Positions 37,101 through 50,875 of a DNA stretch of 64,000 nt are shown in pieces (position 1 is the stretch's first letter; each line of letters starts with the position of its first letter). The notes beneath the pieces are model-generated. The model did no database searches. It had not been told where the DNA came from and saw nothing but the letters and a program-made list of their open reading frames with translations. The stretch lies in the NCBI GenBank assembly GCA_013239625.1, contig MU057344.1, positions 870,276 to 934,275 of the forward strand, in the 5' to 3' direction. The position numbers and the translations under genes are program-made. This DNA is from Lama guanicoe (Eukaryota).

Positions 37101-40100
37101 GACAGGGGACAGCGACAGGGGACAGCGACAGCTACAGCAACTCACAGTACCCCAGGGAAATCCCTTCCTTCCTCCCTTCCTGCCTGAGGCTGGGAGTGGG
37201 GCTGGGTCTCTGCCCTCAGCGCCCCAGGGAATCTGGAATGAGCTGCTGTCTCTTCTCTTCCACCTTTGTTCTGCAGGGTAAGGGGAAGCCCCTCTCTCCA
37301 CACAGGGTGGGTGGGGCCCGGGGAGAACAAGGGCCTTGCCTCTCATGCCCTGGGCTTGTGGTGGCTGATGGCTGGAGAAGAAGGGGAAACGGAGCCCCTG
37401 TGGGGGGAGCTCATTGCCCCCAAGAAATAGCTCAGACGCCTTATGTAAGGAGTGAGCTCACCGCAGAGCCTGCCAGCAATGACGGCAGGAGGGCGGGAGG
37501 GGGCCGGCTCGGGGAACCGATTTACGAGGAGAGAGGGGCCCAGGGCCTGTGCAAGGAGGGGGCTGTCGGCCGGCCCTGGGCTACAGGGCCGCGGGTACCG
37601 GCCTGGGGCTGGAGGGGCCTGAGCGCTTGGTGTGGCCCAGCAGGCTACAGACCGGGATTCACGCTGCTTCCCCCACTGCCAGGCGCTGGCAGGCGCGTGG
37701 TCAGAGCAAGGGCCCTCTTAAGGCACCCGAGACCCTCAGGGACCAGCTTGGAGAGACTTAGAGGGTTGGACACCAGCTGCCCTCTGTCCTCTTGCTCCTC
37801 CCCCCACGACAGGATGCTCAGCCCCAGCGGATGCTGCTCTGAGGGTGGCCTCCCCTTTCTTTCTCCTGCCGGGGTCCTGGTCCCCCGCCCTGGCGTGCCC
37901 CCTCCTCTCTGGGTGTGGAGCATCCCCCCACCTCATGTGCAACAGGCCCAAGCTCCGGAGCCAGCCCGGCCACACTCAGGCCCAGAGAGAGTAAGGGGCT
38001 CAGGGAGTGCCCAGCGCCCTCAGCCAGGAAGAGCCGACTCGCGGAGCACCTGGCTGGGGGCGGCTGACCCTACCAGTGGCTGGGCCTGGAGATGTGCCTC
38101 ACCTCTGACTGCCATCATCCATTCGCCAAGAGTTAGTGAGAGCCTGCTCGCCACTTGCTGCCTCGGGTCCCTGACAGGGAAGGGACACAGGACACTCAAA
38201 AGGAGGTGACCCCAGGACCTGAGGTTGGGGCACAGAGGGGCCAGGACAGGGCTGGGAGCCCAGGGTGGGGCAGACCTTGTCCCAGCAAGTGTGGCTGGGA
38301 CAGATGGAGAGAGCTGGGGGGCTGTGGGCCCAAGAGAGGGGAGGAGGGCAAATATGGGGGCAAGGGACAGACATGGCAGAGGTGAGGGGCCAGGAGGGGG
38401 ACCCTCACTGGATCTCAGGCTTCCCCTGACTGCTGGGAGGTCAAGTGAGTGTGTCTGGAAGGCAGGGCCTGCACAGAGGGGCTCCTTGTTGTGGGTCTGC
38501 CACTCAGGGCACCCCTGGCCCCTGTCCACACCCTGCCATGGGTGCCTGGGCCTCACCTGGGCTCCCACCCCCTTGCTACACGGTGCCCTGGGCAGGTCCT
38601 GGGCCACCCAAGCTTGGTGGCCCTGCTATGATACAGGATGGTGACACCATGACCCTCTGAGTGTGTCACACAAGCCTTGGCACCCAGGGAGATTGTTTTG
38701 ACCACTGGGCCCTTTGGTCGTTACTGGCAGCAGGCAGTTTGGGCCCCTGGAGGGCCATCTCTGGAGGGTGCTGTTGGAAGACTACCTTTCCGCCCTCGTC
38801 GTGCCCCCTGTGCCCAGCTGGTGGCACTCAGCAATGATTGCTGGACAAAGGGACCACAGAGGGTCCCTGAAAGATGCTGCCAACGCCAAGGCCCCGGCCG
38901 GGGCCCAGCTCCCCCTCTGCGGCAGCTCAGCACTCCCGTGCCTCCTGCTTCATGCACAGGACCTGTGCCCAGGCCTTGGGTCCTGGCCGGCCCAGGGCTG
39001 CAGGGCACAGGCAGGAGGCGGCCACCCTGTGATCGGCGGGGTGTGGCTGGAGCCTGGGTGGCGGCGGCCGGAACAGGACGCTTCGGGGAGCTGGGTCCTG
39101 CGGGCAGGGGCGGGTCCGCAGGGCAGGACGCCCACACGGGCTCTCTCTGCTCCTCCACGAGCGCCCTCCAGGCTGAGGATGTGTCCGCAGAGCCAGGCCA
39201 GGAAGTGAGCCCCTGGGCTCGGAGCCCCGGGCGGGCCGAGGCCTGTGCGCCCCTCCCTCATTCCTGCTCATTCCTCTGAGGCCTGTGCTGGCTGAGTGGG
39301 GCGGGCAGGGGTTCCCCCAGGGCATGGGGTTCCAGAGCCAGTGGCCTGGGGCCACGCTGCTCCCACCCTGGGTGTGAGACTAGACACGGGGCTGAGCCAT
39401 GCTCTGGCTCCCATGGCTGCCCTGCCCTGCCCTGCCCTGCCCAGGCCCCCGGAGGCTGGGCGGACTCCATGTTGCCCCATCAGCTTCATCTGGCAGTTGA
39501 GGCCAGGCTCCTGGGGGGGGGGCCGGTGGTGCCTCGGGGCTGTGGGGTGGACATTTGAGCAGCTGAGTGGCTCTGCTTGGCGCGGGAAAGGAGCCCACTC
39601 TTCCCTCTCCCCCACCTCCAAGAGGACAAGGGCAACGCCTGGGTGGGGAGGGGGCAGGCCTGTGGGGGCGCTGCCTGCACGGGAGATGGGCAGGTCCTGG
39701 GGCGCGGCGGCGCACTGGGCTCACCTCATTGCCAGTGGCGGCTCTCACACACCTGGGCCAGGCACTCTGCTCAGCCCCCTGAACACCACCTCGCGGACCC
39801 CCGTGGGGCAGGTCTCAGCTGAGAGCTGGACACGGGGACCCTGTGTGGCCCTGTTCCCACCCCGGCCCCTGACCACCCCAGGGGAGGCCACCTGGGATGA
39901 ATAGCCCTTGTGTGGGCCACAAGGCTGACCCCGCCAAAGGTTCCACGAGAGAAGGGGAGTCCCTCCCAGACAGAATGGTCCAGGAAGAACAACGGGTAAG
40001 TTCAATAAACCTGGAAGTGGCTTTTCCGGAAAGGCAGAGGAAGCAGGTCAGCACAAAGAAGAAATTAAAAACACCTGCAGTTCCCTCACGTTTTTTGTCT

Positions 40101-40149
40101 CTGCTGTAGAATCTGAAGATGACCAAGGACCACGCTGGCTGCACCCAGG

Positions 40150-42570
40150 CATTGTGACTGACAGTATTTCCATCGTCATCCGATTTAAAACGTTTTGATT
40201 CCCACTTTGAGTCCTTCCTTAATCAATGGCGTATTCAAAATGTGTTTTTTAATGTCCCAAACTGTGGCATTTTTTGGTGGCAAAGTGAGTTTGCTTTTTT
40301 GGTTGTTATTTTCATTCAGAGTTACTTAGTTCAGAGTTTTGATCTTTTGGTTTAAGTCTGGCCGAAGAAAGGCAGATACACAGATGAAAGGAACAAAAGG
40401 AGCCCAAAGGTCTGGACTCTCCCGACCTGTCCGGAGTGGTCACTGAGCCGCCTCGCCTGACCTCAGGGCATCGGCCTCTCTCAAGCCTTCCAGCTGTTTC
40501 TTGTCTGACTTTTCTCCATTTCTCCACATTGTGTGTTCTTGCTGCTGTTCCCTTCATTTACGAGTTTTAGACATTGTGAGGTGTCCCTGGAGGAGCTCTG
40601 CCCAGCACTCTCTGCCCGCCCGCTGCTCACTCTTCGATCTTCCCGAATGAGCTCAGCTGTTGTGCACACTATTATGGCTACGTAGATACTGTGCACTGCT
40701 GAGCCAACTGGGGAGCCCCACTTAGGTTTTCCCTTTGTTTTTCCTGAAGTTAACAGTTGCCTTGCTTTCTGTTTCACCTACTGGGTTGTCTCTGTGCCTA
40801 CAGCAAAGACCTACATCATCCACCAGCCTCTTCCACACAGTTTTTGGTCGTTGAGTGTGTCCTATATTCTGCCGGTTCCTGGTTTTTCTGGCACCCTCTA
40901 CCCTCTTGCCCTGGTCTGGGCTGGTTGCTCTCTGGGCTCCACCTCCAGGCTGGTAGGCAGAATCTCCATGTCCCCTTTGTGGACCTCTATTCCCGGTCCT
41001 CAGTGGGTGTGAGGCCAGCTGCAAGCTCATGCAGGCCGCTCAGTCACGATCCTGCTCACCACTGTGACTTGCCTGCCTTCCTCGTTCCCGGCTCCACGGA
41101 GCTTCCTGCCTTCCGCGTTTTCAAACATTTAAAGAGCAGACCTGTGTTCTCTGACCTGCTTTCGTGTTGGACCAGGAAAGGGGGCCAGTTTCTCTGCCAT
41201 CTGGGCTGGAGCTGCAGCCGATGCTCTCAGGGTCCTGCTCGTGCCCCCAGGCCTCACCCCCACCTTGCCCAACGGTAGGACTTTCAGCAGCCCTGCTCCA
41301 CTGGGCAGCTTAGGCGCACCAGGGCCGAACTGAGAATGCATGCCTCCTCCCCATGACACTTCAAATAAATTCTGTGTGTTCTAACAACCTCAAGCTTACA
41401 GAGAAGCTGCGAGAACAGTGCAGGAACCCCCATCGCGCCCCATAAAGCGCTTGAGATCCCCGCTGACATGGTGCTCTGTCCTGGGCAGGGTCGCTATCGT
41501 CCGGTCCTCAGGCCACATCTGGGGCTTTCTGGTTGTTCCACTGACATCGCAGTGAGATCCAGCAAGGGTCCCCAGGTTTCGCAGAGCTGACGTCTTGTTC
41601 TTCTCCATCGGTCTGGAATATTCCTCAGCCTTTTCCTCACTGTCACCTCTGAAGGTTCCAGGCCCATCCTTCTGTACAAAGTCCCTCTGTGTGGGCGTCT
41701 GAGGTTTCGTCATGGTCAGATGCAGGTCATGCCTTTTTGGCAGGAGAGCCACAGCAGCCCGTCCCACCACACCAGGCAGTGCAGGGTTGCGGTGCATCCA
41801 GTGCCTGACGGTTTCCACTTTGATCGCTTGATTATGGTGGTACCTGGCGGTGTCTCCCCTGGGAACTCACCCTTCCCTTTGCAATTGACAGGAGCCTTGT
41901 GGGGAAGAACTTTAAAACTATACATTTCCATAGAAAAGCAAAACAAACAAAAAAAACTATGCAAATAGCTCTTTTCTTATCAGACTTTCAGCTTATGAAT
42001 ATGCTTATTTTAATAAATACTTGAATATGCAGACGCGGTTTTCTGATTCCATGGTTATAATCCGCGATCACCGTTATGCTCTCAGATGTGGCAGTGATCT
42101 CCTCTCTGAGCTGCCCAAAAGTCCTTTCGACACGTTCCTGTTTCGCTTTGAGCTCTCCATACTGCCTGACACAGTAAGATTTCCTCTCTCTGTCCAAGCC
42201 CTGCCACCAGTCATTCCTTCAAAGAACACTGGTTCCCTTCCACGGAGGATGGAATTTAGAAGCCAAGACCCAGGTTCTCGGGGTGCTTGCGGCTGCTGGG
42301 TTGTCCCTCTTTCAGGGCCTCTCCCTGGGCAGAGTTAGGGATTACCTGGATGTCTGTACAAACACACATTTACATCTATAGTTTTTCTACTTGTTTATAA
42401 ACATTGGAATTCATGGGTTCACGCAGGGATTGCTGACTCCAGTCCAATGCCACGTTTGTTTATCTCTTCCCATATTTTTAATTCCCATCTCTAACAGTGA
42501 CAACCCTGACTCTTATCATGAGGAATGTGTTTCTTTATTTGGCCAATCCCATATATAATCAATCTCCCCG
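40150..42570 (-). mobile_element. Cluster of degraded ancient L1 fragments (L1MC/L1ME-like)
   Basis: Local drop in GC; motifs such as tttgatcgcttgattatggtggtacctggc and ccctttgcaattgacaggagccttgtggggaag; internal structure unresolved. Confidence 0.5.
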
Positions 42571-42654
42571 CTCCAGCAAATGTCCCCTCCCCACCTTGGG
42601 CTCTGATCTTGCTCAGGGCTGCCCCCCCATCCCGAGATGACTCTGCACCCCAAG

Positions 42655-42827
42655 ATCCAGCTCCAAGAGCCCGGGTGACAAGCTTGTAACGCACTTGGTG
42701 TCCTGCCTTCCCTCCCTCCCTTTCTCCATCCCTAATCTGTGTGTCCTGGAAACACCTCTCAAATAAACGATCTGCACTCAGAACTTTGCCTTGGGGTCTG
42801 CTTTTGGTGGAACCCAAACTAAGACAA
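42655..42827 (+). mobile_element. ERVL LTR 3' end (LTR16-like)
   Basis: cacctctcaaataaac...tgcactcag...ggggtctgcttttggtggaacccaaactaagaca terminal motif. Confidence 0.65.
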
Positions 42828-45736
42828 AAGTCTTTTCTAACTTTTTACCAAGCTCATGTTACCTGAGTAATTTTTGTTTAGAATTTAAGGTTTTAGAACA
42901 GTATCTTAGCACGTTCCTGACAATGCAGCTGTGCTTGTCTGAGACCAGGTGTTTCCTTCCCACGGAGCAGGGAACAGGTGGCAGGTGGAAGTCAAGCAGG
43001 GCAGAGCCATTCCCCCCAGAAGCTGTCTCTCGGGGGTCTCTGTCGGGGCCTGCTTTTCTGAGCCTTCCAGCCCATTTCCCTAGCCGGGCCTCTGAGCTGG
43101 CCCTGAGGCCAGGGGCGCCCCATCACTGCCAGCGCCCTCATCTCTGGCCTGTAGCGCTGCTGGCTCCAAAGCCAGCCCCCAGCCCCTGGAGGCCTCCGCA
43201 GCACCTGAGTGACCACGTCCCCTATAGGCAGGTTTGTCAATCCTTCGCCTCCTCAGCTGGAGGAGATGGAGGCCACGTGGGGCAGAACTTGGTCTCCATC
43301 CTCCTGGTCCCAAGGCCTGGCTCGTGCACATGGGGGTATAATCTCCACAAGCGTGTGCGCATGCGGGGGTGAGCGTGTGCACCACCAGCTGCCCACACCC
43401 GTCAGTCAGCATGGCAAGGGCTGGAGAGTGAGCCGGGCGGGCCTGGTGCCTGCTGCTCGCTGGTTCCTGTCCCCGTCCCCTGACATGGCAGTGCCTGTGG
43501 CCTGGACCCCCCACCTGCCAGTGTGGTGCATGGCCTGTGGCAGGGGACAGTGGGAGGAGCAGGCCACTGGCCAGGGCAGCTGCTGGGATGGGTTGGAGGC
43601 AGGAAGGCCAGCATGTGGGAGCCCCCCCCAGCTGGGCTTGTGGAGAAGACAGGGCCTGCCTGACTCACTCCAGGCACAGCTGCCCTGGCCCTTGGTGGGT
43701 AGGGTGGGCTTGGCTGCTCCAGAAGCTCCATTATCTTTTGGGGAAGACGACCTCAAAGTCCATGGAGGCAGAGACATTTTAGAGACCAGAGCAGTCCCTC
43801 CTTACTTCTCTGGGCCCTTCACCCTTCACCTATCCCCTGCACCCTCCTGCACACCCACCTCGGCTTCCTTCTGGGCTCTGAAGCTGTGGGAGTGTTGGCT
43901 CCTCCACCTGGCCCCTTCCCGAGACACCTTCCTGGAACCCTGCAAAGCCAGAGGGCAGAGGGAGGAAGCACAGGGAGCCAGCCCTGCGCGTCTGGGGGGC
44001 CTCGGGCTTGGGGGCCTCGGGCTCGGAGCCCACCTGGGCGCGCCCGCTTGGCCAGAGGAGCTGGAGAAATTGTGTGCTCGGCCGGGAGCCCCTCCAGGCC
44101 GGCCCTCTGGAGCTCCAACCGCCTTCTCTCACGTACAGGCTGTCTGCATGGGACTCAAGTCCACGTGGAAGGAATCAACTCTCTCAGGTGCCACAGACAT
44201 GCTTTTGGTCCAAATGAGGACCATGAATACAGCCTTTGAAAGCAAAGAAGTCCCTTTTCTTGTTTTTTAAATATCCCTTTCCTAGTTTTCTCATGTTTGC
44301 CTAGAAAAGCCTTGTGCTGGGGGCACTGGATTGACGAGTGGAAGGGACAGCCCCCCAGGGCACAGGCGAGGGCAGGCGAGGGTTTCCTCACAGAAAGGCC
44401 TGGTGTTTGAAGGCGGAGCACTACCTCTGAACCTCAAGGTGCCCAGGCACCTGCCTGTGTCTGCCATATAGGTGTGGGGTTACCTGGCCATCCTCGGTGC
44501 CCCTCCAGATGCCTGCCCGTGCCTGAGGGGCAGTTGAGGCCTGCAGACACAGCCGGGTGCTCCCAGGGCAGACACGGCCCCTGAGGAGTGCTGCTTTGGG
44601 GCCACCTCCAGCCCCCACTGGGGAGGCAGCAGCAGGCGATGAGCGTCAGGTCACAAGGGCTGAAGTGAGTGTGGCCCGCTGGCCCCTGCCCACCACTGTG
44701 GGCACCCCCCACGACTCCCCACGTGTTCAGGCCAGCTTAGATGCCTTTGTCCTGTAGAGGAAAAGGGGTCATTGCCCAGCTCGATTGGACTGTCCTTCTG
44801 CCTCGGGCTGAGTGCAGCCAGAATTGTCCTCCTCACCTCGAGTCCCCAGCCCCCAGGCCTCTGCTGGATGCTGCCTCCTCCGGGGGCCACCCAGCACAGT
44901 CTGTCCAAGTCCAGGCCCCAGGCTTGTCCCACCCAGCACTTTCTGGTTGGTCTCTCCCCAACGATACAGCCAGATTATGGAAGGACACACAGTGGGTTCT
45001 CCCTCTGGCCATGCCCTGGGTATCCCTCAGATGTGTGAACGGCTCTCTGGACAAGGAGGCTGTACGGGGTCACGTCAGTCTGCGGGAGGAACGGAGCCCG
45101 GTCCCTGAGGACTCAACACGGGCCTGCCCTGGCGGCTACCTGGCCGGACAGCACGGGCCACAGCGCCGAGGGTGCAAGCCCTGCCCGTGGAGACGCAGCT
45201 CTGCACGGGGCTGGTGGGAGATGACGTCGCTGGCCGTGCGGAGGGACCAGGATGCAGGGTCAAAGGGGGGCCGCTCTTGCACCAGTCATCCCTTGGAGGG
45301 GTGCTGTGCGGTGCCTGCATCGCGTGGGGCTGTCGGAACACGCTGCATGGTGTCTGTCTCCTGCGTGGGGTCTCCGGGGCGTCGCAACTGTAATGTGTGT
45401 AGGGACCCACGTTGTGTCGTTGGTGTTCCTGTCCTACGTGAGAGTTGGATCATACTGCGTGGCGTCCTTGTCGCGTGCGGGGACCGCCGGGGTGTGTCGC
45501 GTGGCGTTCCCGTCGTGTGCGTGGGGACCCCGGAGGCCGGGAGTGTGCGGTGGAGGGTGCACAGCCCCGTCCGGTCTGCCCCTCAGCTGGTTTGCGGTTG
45601 TGGTGGGGTCTGTGTGTGGGTTACTGGGCTCCGGCGGTGACGGGGCCGCGCGCCTTCGCAGCCGCGCAGGAAGCGGCCTCCGCCGGATGGGGGGCCCGGG
45701 GCGCCGCCGCCACCCCCGCGGAGCCGCCTTCCGGCG

Positions 45737-45941
45737 GGCGGGGCTAAACGGAGCCGAACGGGGCTGAATCCCCGGCGGGAGGGGACGAGCGGAGCCGAGC
45801 AGGCCCGAGTCCTGGGCGGGCCGGCCCGAGAGGAGCCGAGCAGAGCCGAGTCCCAGACGGGCGGGGCCGAGCGGAGCCGAGGGGGCCCGAGTCCGGGGCG
45901 GTCGGGCCCGAGCACGGCCGAGTGGGTCTGAGTGCCCAGCG
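45737..45941. repeat. Minisatellite of five ungapped 41-bp units upstream of SKI
   Basis: Units start at 45737, 45778, 45819, 45860 and 45901; each is 7 pentamers + 1 hexamer ending in CG. Confidence 0.85.
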
Positions 45942-46130
45942 CGGGCGGGGGGAGCGCGCGTTCCTGGAAGAGCCGGCCGGGGGGCGGGCGCATTCCTGGC
46001 CGGCGCTCGGCTGAGGCGGACGCGCGGCCCCAGACGACGCACGGGGCGGGGCGGTTGCGCGGAGCGGGGCGGGGCGCGGGGCGGGGCGGCGGCGTGAGCT
46101 CAGCGGCCGGCGCCCAGTCCGAGCTGGAGC

Positions 46131-46873
46131 NNNNNNNNNNNNNNNNNNNNNNNNNNNNNNNNNNNNNNNNNNNNNNNNNNNNNNNNNNNNNNNNNNNNNN
46201 NNNNNNNNNNNNNNNNNNNNNNNNNNNNNNNNNNNNNNNNNNNNNNNNNNNNNNNNNNNNNNNNNNNNNNNNNNNNNNNNNNNNNNNNNNNNNNNNNNNN
46301 NNNNNNNNNNNNNNNNNNNNNNNNNNNNNNNNNNNNNNNNNNNNNNNNNNNNNNNNNNNNNNNNNNNNNNNNNNNNNNNNNNNNNNNNNNNNNNNNNNNN
46401 NNNNNNNNNNNNNNNNNNNNNNNNNNNNNNNNNNNNNNNNNNNNNNNNNNNNNNNNNNNNNNNNNNNNNNNNNNNNNNNNNNNNNNNNNNNNNNNNNNNN
46501 NNNNNNNNNNNNNNNNNNNNNNNNNNNNNNNNNNNNNNNNNNNNNNNNNNNNNNNNNNNNNNNNNNNNNNNNNNNNNNNNNNNNNNNNNNNNNNNNNNNN
46601 NNNNNNNNNNNNNNNNNNNNNNNNNNNNNNNNNNNNNNNNNNNNNNNNNNNNNNNNNNNNNNNNNNNNNNNNNNNNNNNNNNNNNNNNNNNNNNNNNNNN
46701 NNNNNNNNNNNNNNNNNNNNNNNNNNNNNNNNNNNNNNNNNNNNNNNNNNNNNNNNNNNNNNNNNNNNNNNNNNNNNNNNNNNNNNNNNNNNNNNNNNNN
46801 NNNNNNNNNNNNNNNNNNNNNNNNNNNNNNNNNNNNNNNNNNNNNNNNNNNNNNNNNNNNNNNNNNNNNNNNN
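46131..46873. other. N-run (743 nt) over the SKI proximal promoter/5' UTR. Other N-runs: 36094-36225, 47368-47523, 47672-47819, 52433-52563, 55866-56045
   Basis: Seen directly. Confidence 0.99.
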
Positions 46874-46874
46874 C

Positions 46875-48686
<1,812 letters not shown>

Positions 48687-50814
48687 TGAAGGGTACGGCA
48701 GGGAGGCCGCTGGCCGAGGCTCTGTTGTTTGCCAAGAGGAGGTTCTGTGTGATCCAGCCTGGCAGCTTCCAGGCACTAGACGCCGGAACCATTCACTGGG
48801 GGCCTCACCAACTTTGCATGGCATCCCCCCATCCCTTAGTGTTTGTAACTTTTCTTTTAAACATCCAGGCTTATTAAACTGCGCACACAGAATGCTGCAT
48901 CGGCTCAGCTATTCTTGGGAGGCCTAATTAATTCAGCTATTGCATCAAACTTTTTTTTCCAAATCTGTGAATAGATGCTCCCGCCCGGTTTTCTCTGGGC
49001 GCCCCTCCAGCAGAGTGTCAGAGTCTCAGGGAGCGGAGTAGGGGAGGGGAAGTGAGGGCCTGTCGCCTGTGCTCAGAGGGGGCCACCGCGTGCATTTGTG
49101 GATCTGGTGGTGCTCCTGCCCTTGGCTAGACCAGCGCCCAGGTGGCAGCTGTCTGCAGACTCTGGGGCTGGGATGGGGTGGGAGAGATGGTCTGAGCGGG
49201 CAGTGCCAGTGGGGAGGATGCTGACGGCAGACCCAGCAGGCCGGGCGGACCCTCATTTCAGACTGGGGGTTGGCTGTGTGTGGCTTGATGGCTGCTCCCT
49301 GTCAACGGGGGGCTTTTCTGTTGGGAGTGCTGGTTAGCATGGCCCAGGGGAGCCCTGTGTGCAGGATTGTGGTAGGTAAAACTGTGGCAAGTCACTTACA
49401 TCCAGAGTGGACAGCAGAGGGTCTGCCTGGTGGGGTGCATCCGTCTGTGTCTCTGTCTGAATCTGGATCGTGTGTGTCCGCGGTCTCCCTGTCTTCCTGG
49501 GGTTGGCTTTTTGTCTCAGCTGCACACCTGGGCCTAGGCTCTCTTGTGGCAGCCCTTGCTGTTCTGAACACAGGTGTTCACAGGCTCAAGGAAGGACTGG
49601 TCTGGAGCTTGTGGGCTGAGGCACTGCCTAGGGAGAAGGCAAGGATGGTCCCCTGAGCCACAGTCCCAGAGAAGAGGCCGGAGCGTACTTTCACCCTGGT
49701 GATGTCAGCAGATGGGCAGCACTCCTTCAGTGCTCTCCCTGCTGCTGCTCAGGAATCATTTCTTAGTTAGAGGAACCTCCCCCGTGATGGTGAAAATGTG
49801 ATCGTTGTAAGAGGCTGGAGTCTCCAGGCCTAAGTGTCAGCCCTGCCCTGTCCTCACAGTGGTGGCCTGGGCTGGTGGGCCTGCTGCTGGCCTCTGCCGT
49901 CCGCCAGTCACTCAGAGCTCCTGGGTGCTGTCTTGCTGGCTCCCCCCCCTCGGGGGGCACTCTGCCCACCAGCCTTGCCCGGTTATCCTCTTCTCGGGGC
50001 TCTGCCACTGCCTTGGTTCATGCGTTTGGGAATTCTGTGGCACACGGTCCTTTTCAGGTCTCCCCGGCACAGCTGTGCGCCTGTCTGGTTACAGGCTGGA
50101 GGCACCCTGTGAGGAGGGGGATGTCAATTTCAGGGTGGCTGCCAGACCCTACTTGTGGATGAAGCTGCCAGGGAAGACCCCTCTCCAGCACCGTGTCTAT
50201 CTGTTCCATCCTCCCACTGCAGTTTGACAGATTATTCTTGGGACGTGTTTTGACTTAATTATTTGTCTTATAGTTTATTTTAATACTTTTGATTTGCTGA
50301 GGATGAGGACAGAGGAAACAAAAGATGTGCTGGGGCAGCCCTTTGTGGGGATGCGCCTCCCCTGGGTCTTGCTTGGTGACGTGAAGTGAGCCAAGTGGCG
50401 CCCTGGTCCCCCTACAGCACTTCTCTGCCGTCGGCATGGGCGGGGTTGGTGGCTGGCTCGGGACTTCAGTGCTGTCCTGGTGCCTGCTTGCTCTTGCGCG
50501 CCCTGCTGTGCCTGCGGCCCGACCACAGAGGGCTGGCGGTTCTGTGGTTGCCCCAGCGTGGAGCTGTGTTTGCAGTGGGGCTCCAGCTTTGAGCCTGGAA
50601 ACGCTGTGCAGACGGCGAGTTCAGGTGTGCAGGCTGGGGTCCCTCCTCAGTGATCCCCACCCTGACGTTACAGGGGCCCAAGGAAGTGCTCTTGGCTGTC
50701 CCATGGCTGTCGGGGCCATGGCGCCCTGGCTGCTTTCCTTGGGGGTCTTGCAGTGGCCGGTCTGGCTCTGGAGCCCTGCATCCTCACTCTGTCCCTCGTG
50801 GGCCACGTGCCCTC

Positions 50815-50875
50815 GAGCGAGTTGCTTGACCTGTTTGTGCCTTAGTTTCCACAAGTGTGAAGTGGGCACCTTAGG
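50815..50875 (+). mobile_element. MIR core fragment
   Basis: agttgcttgacctgtttgtgccttagtttccacaagtgtgaagtggg resembles the MIR core. Confidence 0.5.

Noticed and set aside
37196-38209. 337-aa ORF (also 43209-44270, 31654-32547, 32417-33340, 44741-45640)
   Set aside because: No recognisable domain, composition dominated by G/P/R/A, non-ATG or weak starts. Long open frames are expected at this GC content.
45737-45941. CRISPR-like array
   Set aside because: Eukaryotic locus; contiguous diverged units without unique spacers; no cas genes.
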